Assembly: GCA_023653095.1 (NCBI GenBank)
Contig: JAMNXP010000003.1
Location: forward strand, 128,835-192,834
Direction of reading: 5' to 3'
Source: Bacteroidia bacterium
GTDB lineage: Bacteria > Bacteroidota > Bacteroidia > NS11-12g > UBA955
DNA length: 64,000 bases
How positions within the stretch are numbered: position 1 is the first letter of the stretch; every line of letters begins with the position of its first letter. The notes below the pieces were generated by a model, which saw only the letters and a list, made by a program, of their open reading frames with translations, was not told where the DNA came from and ran no database searches. Below are positions 52,606 to 63,074 of the stretch, one piece after another. Both the position numbers and the translations under genes were made by a program.

Positions 52606-55413
52606 TTAATGCTGTATCAAAAAAGCTTGTGATAAACCTTGCCCAGACTTCAAATAATACACACCGTTGCCCAAGGTCGATACATCAATGCCGTCTTGAT
52701 AGGTGCCCTCTTTCAATTTTTGCCCCAATGAATTCAAAATAACATATTCACTTGCTTCCATTCCCTCTACAAATAAGGTATTGCTTGCCGGCACAGGATA
52801 TACACTTAACGTTCTCAAACGACTGTTGAAACTGTAGGTAGAAACCCGATTTAAATCATTTAAAATCTTATTTTCTACTTTCTTACTTGTATAAATTTTA
52901 TAAGCTCCTGCTACAAAATTCATAGACATATTGGCATCCGAAACATTCACCGAATCACCCGTTAGATAGTCATACCACCACCCCGTTTGTGTGAACGTTG
53001 GACTTTTACTTGCGCTCACCACATCAAAATTACCCACTACAATGGTGGTGAAATCTGCTCCATTCAATTGCAATCGTTTGAATCCACCGTTGCTGGTAAA
53101 ATAATGAGCCGATGGCGAATGAACGGAAGCATGATTAATTTTCAACTGATTGAACATGGCGTGTTGGTAATACAAATCAGGACGGTCAGAAATACCCGTC
53201 CAATAATCCCACCTTACAGGCTTCTCAACCAATCGACATGCATCACTCACGGTGCCATCTTTGCACCAATTGATGCTGTAATCATAACCCAACTCATCAA
53301 ATTGCCAAATCATTTTAGGACCTGGAACCAAGTGAACAAAAGCATAGGTCAAGGCATTTCTCTTCAAATAGGTATTTTCAGTTTTGATATTATAACCTCC
53401 GAAGGCATTGCCATACATCTTTGATTTATAACCCATGCGTTCTTCGTCGTGAGAGCTGGCGTAAGCAATAACAGAATTGGCGGGCATTCCACGCTTAATG
53501 TAATCTACACCCCATCCAAAATCCGATGTGTTTACAAATCCCATCGCCGCTTCGGTAGCTTGATGAACGGCATTTCCCCAAACCATCATACCGCGATTGC
53601 CTAGTTCCTTTTCTTCGTCTGTATCAGCAAAATGTTCCAAGATAGTGTAAGCACCGGGAGAAACTGACTGAATGTGCTTGTGATAATCATCCAAACGATT
53701 GATTCTCCAAGCGTCATAACGTCCCCAAGCAGCCACATCAGTGCCATAATCAGTCTGTGTGATGCCCTTGCTCAAGTCAAATCTGAACCCATCAATGCGG
53801 TATTCCTCCAACAAATATTTCAACGTTCTCTTGGTATAATACTGCATCTGTGCGGTACTGTGATTCAAATCATAACCAACGTTAAAGGGGTGTTTTGCCG
53901 TTTGATAAGCATACGGTGAGTTTGCCGTAGGACGAAAATTCGCTGCATCCCAGTAAAGCAGACAAATAGGTGCAGAACTAAAAGCATGATTGTAAACTAC
54001 ATCTAAAATAACGGCAATTCCCTGTTCGTGACAAGCATCAACCAAGGCTTTAAAAGCCTCACGAGTGCCGTAATACTTATCTATGGCCATATGTGAAGCG
54101 GGATTGTATCCCCAACTGATGTTCCCTTCAAACTCTGTGATGGGCATCAATTGGAGGGCTGTTATTCCCAATCGCTTCAAATAAGGCAGCGTGTCCATGA
54201 CGCTTTTGAAAGTTTGCGCCGCCGTAAAATCACGTACCAAGCACTCATAGATCACCAACTGTGACTTTGTAGGGCGCTTAAAATCGGTGATTTTCCAATT
54301 GTATTTTGGAGCTGCAGGCTGCATGACAGTGACCCATCCGTTGGTTTTATTCTTGGGGTAGTTTTTCAGGTTGGGATATCTATTTGCAGGAATATAATTA
54401 TCATCCCATTCATTCAACATTTTTGGAGAAAACGGATCAGCCACGCGGGTATCACCGTTTACCAAATATTGATAAGCCAATTCTTTTCCAGGAGTCAATC
54501 CGGTAAGTTTAATCCAATACAAAAATTTGTTGGCATCGTAATTCATGAAGTAGTTCACATTGGGCTTCCAATCGTTAAAGTCCCCCAACAGATAAACATA
54601 ATTCTTAAATGGAGCGTACAACACCAAATAAACCGTGGAATCATCTACATAATTGATTCCTTGTTCCAATCCAGAAGGAACCGAAGCATTCACCACTGAT
54701 GGATTTATCACGATGGTCAAAGTATCTGACGCCATCTCGCTGCCCGATGTTGCTTTCATCACAACGGTATGATTTCCCACACCAATACCTTGAAATTCGG
54801 CCTGAACACTGTCTTTAGAGGTCACTGATCTGTATATTGAACCATCAAGATAAACGTCAATATTGCAACTTTTAGACGTATATCCTTTAAGTTTAAATTG
54901 AGTGGAATTATTGCCTAAAACGGTTTCTGTTTCGGGGGATACGATGCGCGCCAATAACGATGAAGACGCTGAATACACATCTACAAAAATATCGCCTCCA
55001 TTGGTTGCTCTACCTACGGTGTTTCCAGCAGCGTCTCTAAATACAAACGACATTTGCTTGATGAATTCGCCTGCTTTAAAGGTACCTGCCTGCTGATAAA
55101 ACGACTTCATTTGGTAACGCATTTGCCATTTATCGTTTCCTAAAGATGTCATTTTCACCCGATTGTCAGCGGTACCCCAGGTTCCAATCACATATTTCCA
55201 ATCAGCTCCAGAAGTGGATAGATTGGTAATAACACCGGCGTGCGCATATACTTGAGTAGAACCCTTTAGTGCACCATTTCCCTTGGTTGCATCATAAATA
55301 ATGGTAACTGTATCAGTTTCTTTGGGAAAAACAGGTTCAGTGGAAACCACTTGAGCAAAAGCAGCATTTACAATGCTAAAATAAATCAAAAATAGGGTAC
55401 GGAAATAGTTCAT
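52606..55413 (-). CDS. GH13 alpha-amylase family glycoside hydrolase with N-terminal Ig/CBM-like domains and T9SS sorting domain
   Basis: DVVYNH, GFRFDLSKG, ...EHF... and SHDE conserved GH13 regions. The C-terminus (VYPVPASNTLFVEG...GVYYLK) is a T9SS CTD. The ATG at 55413 is preferred. Confidence 0.85.
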   Translation of the reverse strand: MNYFRTLFLIYFSIVNAAFAQVVSTEPVFPKETDTVTIIYDATKGNGALKGSTQVYAHAGVITNLSTSGADWKYVIGTWGTADNRVKMTSLGNDKWQMRYQMKSFYQQAGTFKAGEFIKQMSFVFRDAAGNTVGRATNGGDIFVDVYSASSSLLARIVSPETETVLGNNSTQFKLKGYTSKSCNIDVYLDGSIYRSVTSKDSVQAEFQGIGVGNHTVVMKATSGSEMASDTLTIVINPSVVNASVPSGLEQGINYVDDSTVYLVLYAPFKNYVYLLGDFNDWKPNVNYFMNYDANKFLYWIKLTGLTPGKELAYQYLVNGDTRVADPFSPKMLNEWDDNYIPANRYPNLKNYPKNKTNGWVTVMQPAAPKYNWKITDFKRPTKSQLVIYECLVRDFTAAQTFKSVMDTLPYLKRLGITALQLMPITEFEGNISWGYNPASHMAIDKYYGTREAFKALVDACHEQGIAVILDVVYNHAFSSAPICLLYWDAANFRPTANSPYAYQTAKHPFNVGYDLNHSTAQMQYYTKRTLKYLLEEYRIDGFRFDLSKGITQTDYGTDVAAWGRYDAWRINRLDDYHKHIQSVSPGAYTILEHFADTDEEKELGNRGMMVWGNAVHQATEAAMGFVNTSDFGWGVDYIKRGMPANSVIAYASSHDEERMGYKSKMYGNAFGGYNIKTENTYLKRNALTYAFVHLVPGPKMIWQFDELGYDYSINWCKDGTVSDACRLVEKPVRWDYWTGISDRPDLYYQHAMFNQLKINHASVHSPSAHYFTSNGGFKRLQLNGADFTTIVVGNFDVVSASKSPTFTQTGWWYDYLTGDSVNVSDANMSMNFVAGAYKIYTSKKVENKILNDLNRVSTYSFNSRLRTLSVYPVPASNTLFVEGMEASEYVILNSLGQKLKEGTYQDGIDVSTLGNGVYYLKSGQGLSQAFLIQH

Positions 55414-55493
55414 ATCGAAACAAATAAGTGTCAAATTGACGCAAACTAACTAATATTATTCAAAGTTAGGACTTTCCTCACCGAAAAATGACG

Positions 55494-55527
55494 AACAAAA
55501 AAAGGGGTGCCTCTCACAGCACCCCTA
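55494..55527 (-). terminator. Rho-independent terminator after the GH16 gene (end of the PUL operon)
   Basis: Minus strand reads AGGGGTGC-TGTGAGAG-GCACCCCTTTTTTT. Confidence 0.65.
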
Positions 55528-55556
55528 CACAATTTATTCTCAGAAAACTTGAACTC

Positions 55557-56657
55557 CTAATTTTTTTGGAATACCCTCACAAAATCTACTTCCATGGTTT
55601 GAGGAAATACCGTAGTTCCATCAGGATAACCAGGCCAATTTCCGCCCACGGCAACGTTGAAAATAAAGAAGAATTTATTGTTGAACGGATAAATACTTCC
55701 AGTATTTGAAGGTGTAATTGTATGGTAAGCTTTATCATCCATGTACCACTTAATTTGATTTTGCTCCCAAATGATGGTAAATACATGGTACTGATCATCA
55801 AACTCACCAGCCGGCAAACTTATTTGTCCGGTCTTGTAAGTAGAGGGAAAACTCGCACCCCAGTGGGCGGTTCCATAAACGGTATTAGGAATGTGTCCTA
55901 TCAATTCCATAATGTCAATTTCACCACAAGCAGGCCAACCTGCCGATGTAATATTTGAACCCAACATCCAAAGTGCCGGCCAAATGCCTTGACCCTTAGG
56001 AAGTTTAGCTCTAATATCAATTCTACCGAATTGAAACTCTTTCTTCCCTTGCGTTACAATACGTGCCGAAGAATATTCTGCACTCCCAACACTTTCTTTT
56101 TTGGCAGTGATAATTAAACGGCCGTCTTTGACATTGCAATTGCTTGTGCCATCGGTATAATATTGAGATTCATTGTTGCCCCAACCGCCGTTACCGCGAC
56201 CTACATTGTAAGTCCAACTTCCAAGATCTAATTCGGTACCGTTGAATTCATCGGCCCAAACTAAATTGTAACCCGTATAGGAATTGGGTGTGTTATATCC
56301 ATCCTGAAGTCCGGCCTCATCTATAACTACACTATCTATTTTTTCGATAAATGCTGTAGGTGTGACATGTGCCCGAACTCTTATGGGATATTTACCCGGT
56401 TTGTCAAAAGTGTGACTGGCGTTTCCAGTAGATGATTCTACCGTAACGCCCGTTACGCCGCTTCCAAACAAAAACGTGAAGTAATTTACTTTTTGAGCAG
56501 TTGCTTTAACATCCACTTTACCTCTGACAGAACTTGACAAGGTCATTTCCACCATCAAATTCTCCGGCAACTGAGCTTTTGGCTCCACTTCATTTCCAGT
56601 ACAACTAGAAATCGTCATCCCCAAAACACTCAAAAAGGCCAAACTCACAATCCTCAT
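55557..56657 (-). CDS. GH16 family beta-glucanase (laminarinase-type) lipoprotein with N-terminal PKD/Ig-like domain
   Basis: Lipobox (TISSCT). WPALWMLG and the catalytic GEIDIMELIG (ExDxxE) motif. The ATG at 56657 shares one base with the upstream stop (TAATG). Confidence 0.85.
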   Translation of the reverse strand: MRIVSLAFLSVLGMTISSCTGNEVEPKAQLPENLMVEMTLSSSVRGKVDVKATAQKVNYFTFLFGSGVTGVTVESSTGNASHTFDKPGKYPIRVRAHVTPTAFIEKIDSVVIDEAGLQDGYNTPNSYTGYNLVWADEFNGTELDLGSWTYNVGRGNGGWGNNESQYYTDGTSNCNVKDGRLIITAKKESVGSAEYSSARIVTQGKKEFQFGRIDIRAKLPKGQGIWPALWMLGSNITSAGWPACGEIDIMELIGHIPNTVYGTAHWGASFPSTYKTGQISLPAGEFDDQYHVFTIIWEQNQIKWYMDDKAYHTITPSNTGSIYPFNNKFFFIFNVAVGGNWPGYPDGTTVFPQTMEVDFVRVFQKN

Positions 56658-58012
56658 TATTGTTGTGAAATATCGTCTAAATAGAAAGTACCTGCATTTG
56701 CTACGCCCCAACCTGGGAACAATACCAAGCGGTCATACAGATCTGCAGTGGCATCGCTGAAATCAATGCTGATTTCAACCCATTCATTGGCCTTGGTCAC
56801 TGTTACGTCTTTCTCCACAAACTGAGTGGTAGCAGCACTATTTTCCAATTTGATTCTGAAATCACCGGTTGCTGGTGCCCAAACTTTTAACGTAATGGTC
56901 TTCTTGGTTGAGAAATTGAACTTACTTGAAATATTCACAAAAAATCCAGCCCAAGTTTCATTTCCGTGAACGGTTTCTATAACTTTATTGGAAGTATTGA
57001 TCCCAGTTTTAGATGGATTGGCAATAAACGCCACCGAACTTCCACCAAAAGTTGTCACCGCAGGCTCAGTACTTTCAAAGTCCAATGGCAAAGCAAAGGT
57101 AGGATCTGTTCCTCCTCCACCACCACCAGAATTGATTGGATAATCATCGGGAACCAATCTGATGTACCAAGCCAATGCTGGGTCAGCAGCATCTTCGTAA
57201 CGCAAGAACAATTCATTCTCAGATATACGCACAATCCTATAGGTTTGTACTCCTGTGATATAACCAATGTATGATTTACCAGAAACAGTCAATGTGGTGT
57301 CTTTTTCACCCATGGTTAAGGTCCATTTCTCGTTCAATTGATCATCATACGGAGCTCTGTAATCACCCACGGTTGTCTGAGCTGACCCAGCGAAATTAGC
57401 TGCTTGTTTGGTGTTCAAATAAACATCTCCCCCTGTCTTCATATCAAAACCAAAACCTTGCAATCTGAAAACATATTGATCATTGTACAAACCAGCCCCA
57501 GCTTTTTCCAAACGCTTAGCAGCATACCACTCAGGGTAGTTGCCCGCTGAAGCAGAGGAAGGATTAGGACCCACACCAAAGTGCACATCACGAGTTGAAT
57601 CAATCACCCAAGTTTTGTATCCTTTACCTGATGCACCACCGGTCAAAAGTGTGTAAAGTGGATCACTCAACAAAGTTGGATCGTCTTGATCAATGGTTAT
57701 GGTTTGAGAAGTACTTGCACTTCCGCCAGAATTAAATACGGTCAAAGTAACCGTGTAACTTCCCTTGTTTGGATAACTAGCTTCTGCCAATGAACCTTCT
57801 CCGTTGGTTCCATTTCCGAAATCCCACTTTGCAGTCAAAGTTTTGTTCTTCGCTTCAAACTTAATGATGTTAGGATTCGTAGCTGATGCCTCATACGTAA
57901 ATAAGGCATCTGCTTGAGTTGGCGCTTCACCCAACTTGGGCTCATCGTCTTTACAACTATTCAAACCCAACATTCCTGCGGTTAGAATAGATAACAAAAA
58001 TAATTTTCTCAT
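56657..58012 (-). CDS. PKD-domain plus CBM-like lipoprotein (candidate surface glycan-binding protein of the PUL)
   Basis: Lipobox (GLNSCK), a PKD domain (WDFGNGTNGEG...YTVTLTVFNSGG) and a C-terminal CBM4/9-like pattern (FES...WAGFF...IKLEN...FYLDDI). The ATG at 58012 is preferred. Confidence 0.6.
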   Translation of the reverse strand: MRKLFLLSILTAGMLGLNSCKDDEPKLGEAPTQADALFTYEASATNPNIIKFEAKNKTLTAKWDFGNGTNGEGSLAEASYPNKGSYTVTLTVFNSGGSASTSQTITIDQDDPTLLSDPLYTLLTGGASGKGYKTWVIDSTRDVHFGVGPNPSSASAGNYPEWYAAKRLEKAGAGLYNDQYVFRLQGFGFDMKTGGDVYLNTKQAANFAGSAQTTVGDYRAPYDDQLNEKWTLTMGEKDTTLTVSGKSYIGYITGVQTYRIVRISENELFLRYEDAADPALAWYIRLVPDDYPINSGGGGGGTDPTFALPLDFESTEPAVTTFGGSSVAFIANPSKTGINTSNKVIETVHGNETWAGFFVNISSKFNFSTKKTITLKVWAPATGDFRIKLENSAATTQFVEKDVTVTKANEWVEISIDFSDATADLYDRLVLFPGWGVANAGTFYLDDISQQ

Positions 58013-58032
58013 ATTCTTAGTTCTAAATTTAA

Positions 58033-59526
58033 TCAATAATTCGGGTTTTGTGCCCAATTTCCACCTGATAAGTCAATTTCTACTTGTGGTATGGGGAATA
58101 ACTCATGTTTGCCAACAACAAAATCTTTGATCTCTTGAGCAGCTTTTCCCGTTCTCACCAAATCAAAGAATCTATGTCCTTCGCAAGCCATTTCTAATCT
58201 ACGCTCGTTCCAAATGGCTTCAACCAATGCACTTCCTGAAGCGGTAATTGGCTGAACTTTTGCACGAGTTCTTACTTGGTTCAAATACTGTAACGCACGG
58301 CCCTCATTCGCTGCATTTGCGCGGGCATTAGCTTCAGCGGCCATCAACAACACATCAGCATAACGTATCAATTTATAATTCACAGGACTGGTCAAATCGT
58401 TATCTGGTAAACCAATTTCACCTTGCTTTTTGATGTATTTATTGTTGTAATAACCTGAGTGTCCACCACCACCAATCGCAAATTTAATGTCACTAGGACG
58501 TGCTTGCTTTTTGATAAAGGCATCTAAATCTAACACAGCTGCGTCTCTTCTAACATCTCCAGCTTCGTAAGCATCGTAAAGGTCTTTGGTAGGCAAATTA
58601 TAGCTGTTTCCATCGCCATACACTGGACCGTCGTATTGACGAATCCCATGAAAGCCAGGAGCAGCGTTTCCTTCCAAACAAATCAAACATCCATAACTTC
58701 CACCCTCAGCACCGGTATATTCTACATCAAAAACAGTTTCAGAATGTCCTTCGTTGGCAACCGCAAACATTTTCGTAACGTCAGAAATTAAACTGTAGTT
58801 ACCTTCATCAATCACTTGCTGAAAAGTAGCAGCAGCTTGATCAAACTTGTTTTGATACAAATACACTTTACCCAACAAAGACAAACAAATACCTTTATTT
58901 ACTCTGCCTTTCTGAGAAGATGTCCAATCTAAAATTCCGGCGGCATACTGCAAATCTTGTTCAATACGAGCGTAAACCTCAGCTTTTGGGGTTCTGTTTG
59001 TTTTAGTTACTTCATCTGCACCCAAGCGCTTGTCGATGATCAATGGAACATCGCCAAAGTATTTCACCAATTGAGAATAGTAAAAAGCCCTCAAGAAAGT
59101 AGCTTCTGCAAGAATCTTGTCTTTACCGTCAAAATCAATCTTATTCTTGTGCTCCAAAATGTAATTGGCACGGGCAATACCCGCATAATTCCAACGAAAT
59201 ACATTTCTTAATTCCTGATTTACCGCGTCGTGCTTCATTTCATCCATCTCGTGAAGACCTTCTGAATCTGTCACACTTTCTCCCCCTGCAATAGAATTGT
59301 CAGAAGCAATTTCGCCAATCCAAATGTCTATGAAAGTTCCTTGCAACAAATCATAAGCACCCGTAAGTGCGCGCTCATAATCAACAGAAGTCTCAAAATA
59401 ATTTTCTGCGTCTTGTGTATATAGCGGATTGATGTCTAAGAATTTTTTGCACCCTGAATGAAACAGAGTTAAAAATCCAACGGTCAACAATCCAAATAAT
59501 TTTCCTTTTTTCATGTCTTTAATCAT
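58033..59526 (-). CDS. susD: SusD/RagB family nutrient-binding outer membrane lipoprotein
   Basis: Lipobox (LFHSGCKK) and TPR-like SusD features (RAFYYSQLVKYFGDVPL, ...ERRLEMACEGHRFFDLVR). The start overlaps the SusC stop (TAATG). The ATG at 59514 is an alternative. Confidence 0.85.
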   Translation of the reverse strand: MIKDMKKGKLFGLLTVGFLTLFHSGCKKFLDINPLYTQDAENYFETSVDYERALTGAYDLLQGTFIDIWIGEIASDNSIAGGESVTDSEGLHEMDEMKHDAVNQELRNVFRWNYAGIARANYILEHKNKIDFDGKDKILAEATFLRAFYYSQLVKYFGDVPLIIDKRLGADEVTKTNRTPKAEVYARIEQDLQYAAGILDWTSSQKGRVNKGICLSLLGKVYLYQNKFDQAAATFQQVIDEGNYSLISDVTKMFAVANEGHSETVFDVEYTGAEGGSYGCLICLEGNAAPGFHGIRQYDGPVYGDGNSYNLPTKDLYDAYEAGDVRRDAAVLDLDAFIKKQARPSDIKFAIGGGGHSGYYNNKYIKKQGEIGLPDNDLTSPVNYKLIRYADVLLMAAEANARANAANEGRALQYLNQVRTRAKVQPITASGSALVEAIWNERRLEMACEGHRFFDLVRTGKAAQEIKDFVVGKHELFPIPQVEIDLSGGNWAQNPNY

Positions 59527-62426
59527 TAAAATTTAAACTGGAATCCCAAAGAAACGGTTCTAGCCTGCGGATAAAATCCGTAATCAATTCCTGAACCCAA
59601 AGGCCCACCAACTGATCCAATATCAGGATCAAAGCCCATATAACGGGTCAAAGTAAATAAGTTGTTCGACGCCAAATAGAATCTAGCTGTTGTAAATCTC
59701 ATTTTCTTCAACATTCTGTTGCTGAATGAATAACCAATTTGCAAATTTCTCAATCTCAAGAATGAACCATCTTCCACAAAATAATCAGAGAACACGGTGT
59801 TTCGATTCAAATCAGTTGTCAAACGCGGGTTCTCATCGGTACTACCTGCGCCGGTCCAACGATTGATGGTGTAGCTCAACTGATTGGCATAAGGTTGTTG
59901 ACGCTCGTAGTTGCGCACAATCTCTTGTCCCACAGCAGCATATAAATTCGCCGATACATCAAAACTTTTGTAGCGGAAGTTCAATGCCAAACCAAACGTA
60001 AAATCAGGAATTGGAGACCCAATCATCTTTTTATCAGAATCGTTGCTAAAGTTGATGACTCCATCACCGTCTTGATCTACAAATTTAAAGTCACCAGGCT
60101 TTGCTCCAGCTTGTTTTACGAGGGATGCATCTATTTCGGCTTGGTTCTGATAAACACCTACAACCTCATATCCAAAGAAATAACCAATAGGGAAACCTGT
60201 TTGGAAACGAGTAGCGATGTTTCCACCTACACCAAAAGGAGCTCCAGGAATAAAGTCAACCCCTTCAGGAGTCGCAGTTACCTTATTTCTCAACCAGGCA
60301 GTGTTGAAATTCACTTGCAAACTGCTGTACTTTCTGAACTGTTTGCTGTAACCCAATTCCAACTCTAAACCTCTGTTATGAACATTACCAGCATTGATGA
60401 TTGGAGGATAACTTCCAGGGCCAGCAGTTCCCATCAAAGCAGAAACATCGGGTTGGAACAACAAATCACGGGTGTTTTTCACAAAGAAATTGAAAGCCGC
60501 TGTGAACGACTCACCCAGCTCGGCATCAACTCCCAAGTTGAATTGTTGAGTGGTTTCCCATTTCAAATCAGGATTGGAAGCTCTTCCTATGGCAACCCCT
60601 TGAGTGATGATATCATTGAATACATAAACACCTTCGCCGTTCAACATTCCGCGGTAAGCGAAATTATCAATTTGGTCATTTCCACTCACTCCAAAGCTGC
60701 TGCGTAATTTCAAACTTCTTACCTTCTTGAACGTCCAAAAAGACTCATCCGAAATCACCCAAGCACCTGAAACCGTAGGGAACAAACCGTAACGTGAGTT
60801 TGGACCAAATTTCGAAGATCCATCTCTACGTAAAATACCTGACAAAATATATTTTCCAGCGTGGTTATATTCTGTTCTGAAGAATGTTGACAATAAGCGC
60901 TCTTGGAATTGGAAAGAATACACGTTGTTCAAGAATCCGCCCGGAGCCAAATTCGCTGAGATATCCGCGTAATCTAAACTGTTATTTGGGATGTTGTAAG
61001 CCGTTCCACCCAAACCTAAACCGTCACGCTTGAATACAGAAACACCCAAAGTGCTTTTCAAAGTTGAATTTTTTGAGATTTCCTTCACATGATTTACGAA
61101 ACTTTCAAAGTTTAAATCACCGTAAGTATTTCTTCCTTCGTAAACGCTTGCACCTCTATCAATCAAAGTACCCGGTGCAATTTCAACTTGGCTAGGATCT
61201 AAATTCGCATTGATGGCAGTGTTCTGAGCCTTTCCAGGGCCATACCACACCAAGGGCGAAAATACCTTGTTATCAACCAACGCATAGTTGTAGTTCAATC
61301 GATTGGTAAACGTCAAGTTCTTGGTCACCTTCCATTCAAGTTCTTCTTTACCTACAAACTTATTGACTACCGCCCAGTTGTAGGAGTTTTGCATTTGAGC
61401 CAACGGATTGATGATATCGTTCACCTCTTTCAAGTAGGTGTAATTACCAAACTCATCTCTTACCGGTTCAGTGGGATAAGCATTGATGGTGTTGTACAAC
61501 ACAGAACCGATGCCATTTTCAGGAAGGCCTGATCTGTTCTCATTGGTAAATAAGAATACGCTACTCAACTGCAACTTATCAGACATACGAGTATCAAAGT
61601 TTACACGAGCATTCAAGCGCTTGAAACTGGCTTTATCCAATCCCACAATTCCCTGCTGATCAAAATAACTTCCGCCAATGGAATATCTGCTTGTTGCAGT
61701 ACCACCGGTTGCACTGATATTTAATTGAGTGATGGGTGCAGTTGCAAAAACAGAATCTTGCCAATTGGTTCCAGTCCCCAAACCGGTATTCTTGAAAGGC
61801 ATGGGTCTGTTACCGTTGGCAAACATTTCGTTTTTTAAAATTGCATATTCGCTCGCGTTCAATAAATCCAGTTTTTTAGCGGTCTGTTGGAAGCCCTGGA
61901 AACCAGAAACCTCAAACTGTGGAGCCGCATTCAATCTGCCCTTTTTGGTTTCAATCAAAATTACCCCGTTAGCCGCTCTCACACCGTAAATACCCGCTGT
62001 AGCGTCTTTCAACACGTTGATAGACGCAATGTCTGACGGATTTAAAGCGTTCAATCCCTCAGAGTCGTAAATCACACCATCAACCACAATCAACGGATCG
62101 TTGTCGCCAAAGGTGGAAAGTCCTCTGATTCTGATGCTAGACCCACCACCCGGTGAACCTGAATTCGTACTCACGGTAACTCCGGCTAATTGCCCTTGCA
62201 ACGCTTGATCCATTCGAGAAACGTTCATTTTCTCCAACTTTTCGCCCTTCAAGGTAGCATTTGCCCCTGTAAATTCCTTTGCTTTTGCGGTACCATAACC
62301 TACAACCACCACTTCGTCAATCTTCTCTGCCGTGTCTTTGGAAGCTTGCGCCGATGCCGTATTGACTGCCAATAGACATAGAGCTGCGGTTAATAATTTG
62401 GTACACTTATGGTAAGATATATCCAT
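59526..62426 (-). CDS. susC: SusC/RagA family TonB-linked outer membrane protein
   Basis: VVVVGYGTAKAKEFTGA..., SIRIRG...DPLIVVDG, a C-terminal ...SLGFQFKF, and a SusD gene immediately downstream. Confidence 0.9.
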   Translation of the reverse strand: MDISYHKCTKLLTAALCLLAVNTASAQASKDTAEKIDEVVVVGYGTAKAKEFTGANATLKGEKLEKMNVSRMDQALQGQLAGVTVSTNSGSPGGGSSIRIRGLSTFGDNDPLIVVDGVIYDSEGLNALNPSDIASINVLKDATAGIYGVRAANGVILIETKKGRLNAAPQFEVSGFQGFQQTAKKLDLLNASEYAILKNEMFANGNRPMPFKNTGLGTGTNWQDSVFATAPITQLNISATGGTATSRYSIGGSYFDQQGIVGLDKASFKRLNARVNFDTRMSDKLQLSSVFLFTNENRSGLPENGIGSVLYNTINAYPTEPVRDEFGNYTYLKEVNDIINPLAQMQNSYNWAVVNKFVGKEELEWKVTKNLTFTNRLNYNYALVDNKVFSPLVWYGPGKAQNTAINANLDPSQVEIAPGTLIDRGASVYEGRNTYGDLNFESFVNHVKEISKNSTLKSTLGVSVFKRDGLGLGGTAYNIPNNSLDYADISANLAPGGFLNNVYSFQFQERLLSTFFRTEYNHAGKYILSGILRRDGSSKFGPNSRYGLFPTVSGAWVISDESFWTFKKVRSLKLRSSFGVSGNDQIDNFAYRGMLNGEGVYVFNDIITQGVAIGRASNPDLKWETTQQFNLGVDAELGESFTAAFNFFVKNTRDLLFQPDVSALMGTAGPGSYPPIINAGNVHNRGLELELGYSKQFRKYSSLQVNFNTAWLRNKVTATPEGVDFIPGAPFGVGGNIATRFQTGFPIGYFFGYEVVGVYQNQAEIDASLVKQAGAKPGDFKFVDQDGDGVINFSNDSDKKMIGSPIPDFTFGLALNFRYKSFDVSANLYAAVGQEIVRNYERQQPYANQLSYTINRWTGAGSTDENPRLTTDLNRNTVFSDYFVEDGSFLRLRNLQIGYSFSNRMLKKMRFTTARFYLASNNLFTLTRYMGFDPDIGSVGGPLGSGIDYGFYPQARTVSLGFQFKF

Positions 62427-62433
62427 AGTCTTA

Positions 62434-63072
62434 TTGTTTTTTCAACAATATGTAAAGTTTTCGATTATTCCAAATCGGCTTTCCAATTGTTCAACTTTTT
62501 TTATAACATTGCAGTTCTTGAACGCACAAATCACCAACGGCACCCTACTCATAGCAGAACCGTTCATCACCGATGAGCATTTCTTCAGAAGGCTCATTGT
62601 TATCATTGACCACAACCAAGATGGAACCTTGGGCATCGTTGTCAATGAAGTTTCTCCTTATTTTGTGCGTATTGAGAACGAAGACAAAAGTACATCTTTA
62701 GAACTTCCCCTCTGCCTCGGGGGACCCGTTGACCAAAAAGAATCCATCAATATTTTACACAAAAACCCCGAAATAGAAGGTTCTGTTTCTGTAGGATGCG
62801 GATTCTATTGGGGAGGAGACACCTACGAAATCCTCACCCACTACAAAAATGGGCTGCTCAACAAGGACCAAACATTCGCCATTTCTGGCTACTGCGGATG
62901 GGCTCCTGGTCAACTTCAAAAAGAACTGACCGCTCAGACCTGGATCACATCCAAGTTCAAACCCGAATATCTTTCCAAGCACAGCGATGACGCTTGGAAG
63001 CAAGCCCTCACTGATCTTGGTGGCACCTACGAATGGCTATCACACGCCCCTTATGACGCCTCGCTCAACTAG
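62434..63072 (+). CDS. YqgE/AlgH family protein (UPF0301)
   Basis: GTLLIAEPFITDEHFFRRLIVIIDHNQDGTLGIVVN is the family signature. The true start is uncertain: the TTG at 62518 (M-NAQITNG) fits the usual N-terminal length better than the TTG at 62434. Confidence 0.8.
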   Translation: MFFQQYVKFSIIPNRLSNCSTFFITLQFLNAQITNGTLLIAEPFITDEHFFRRLIVIIDHNQDGTLGIVVNEVSPYFVRIENEDKSTSLELPLCLGGPVDQKESINILHKNPEIEGSVSVGCGFYWGGDTYEILTHYKNGLLNKDQTFAISGYCGWAPGQLQKELTAQTWITSKFKPEYLSKHSDDAWKQALTDLGGTYEWLSHAPYDASLN

Positions 63073-63074
63073 AC

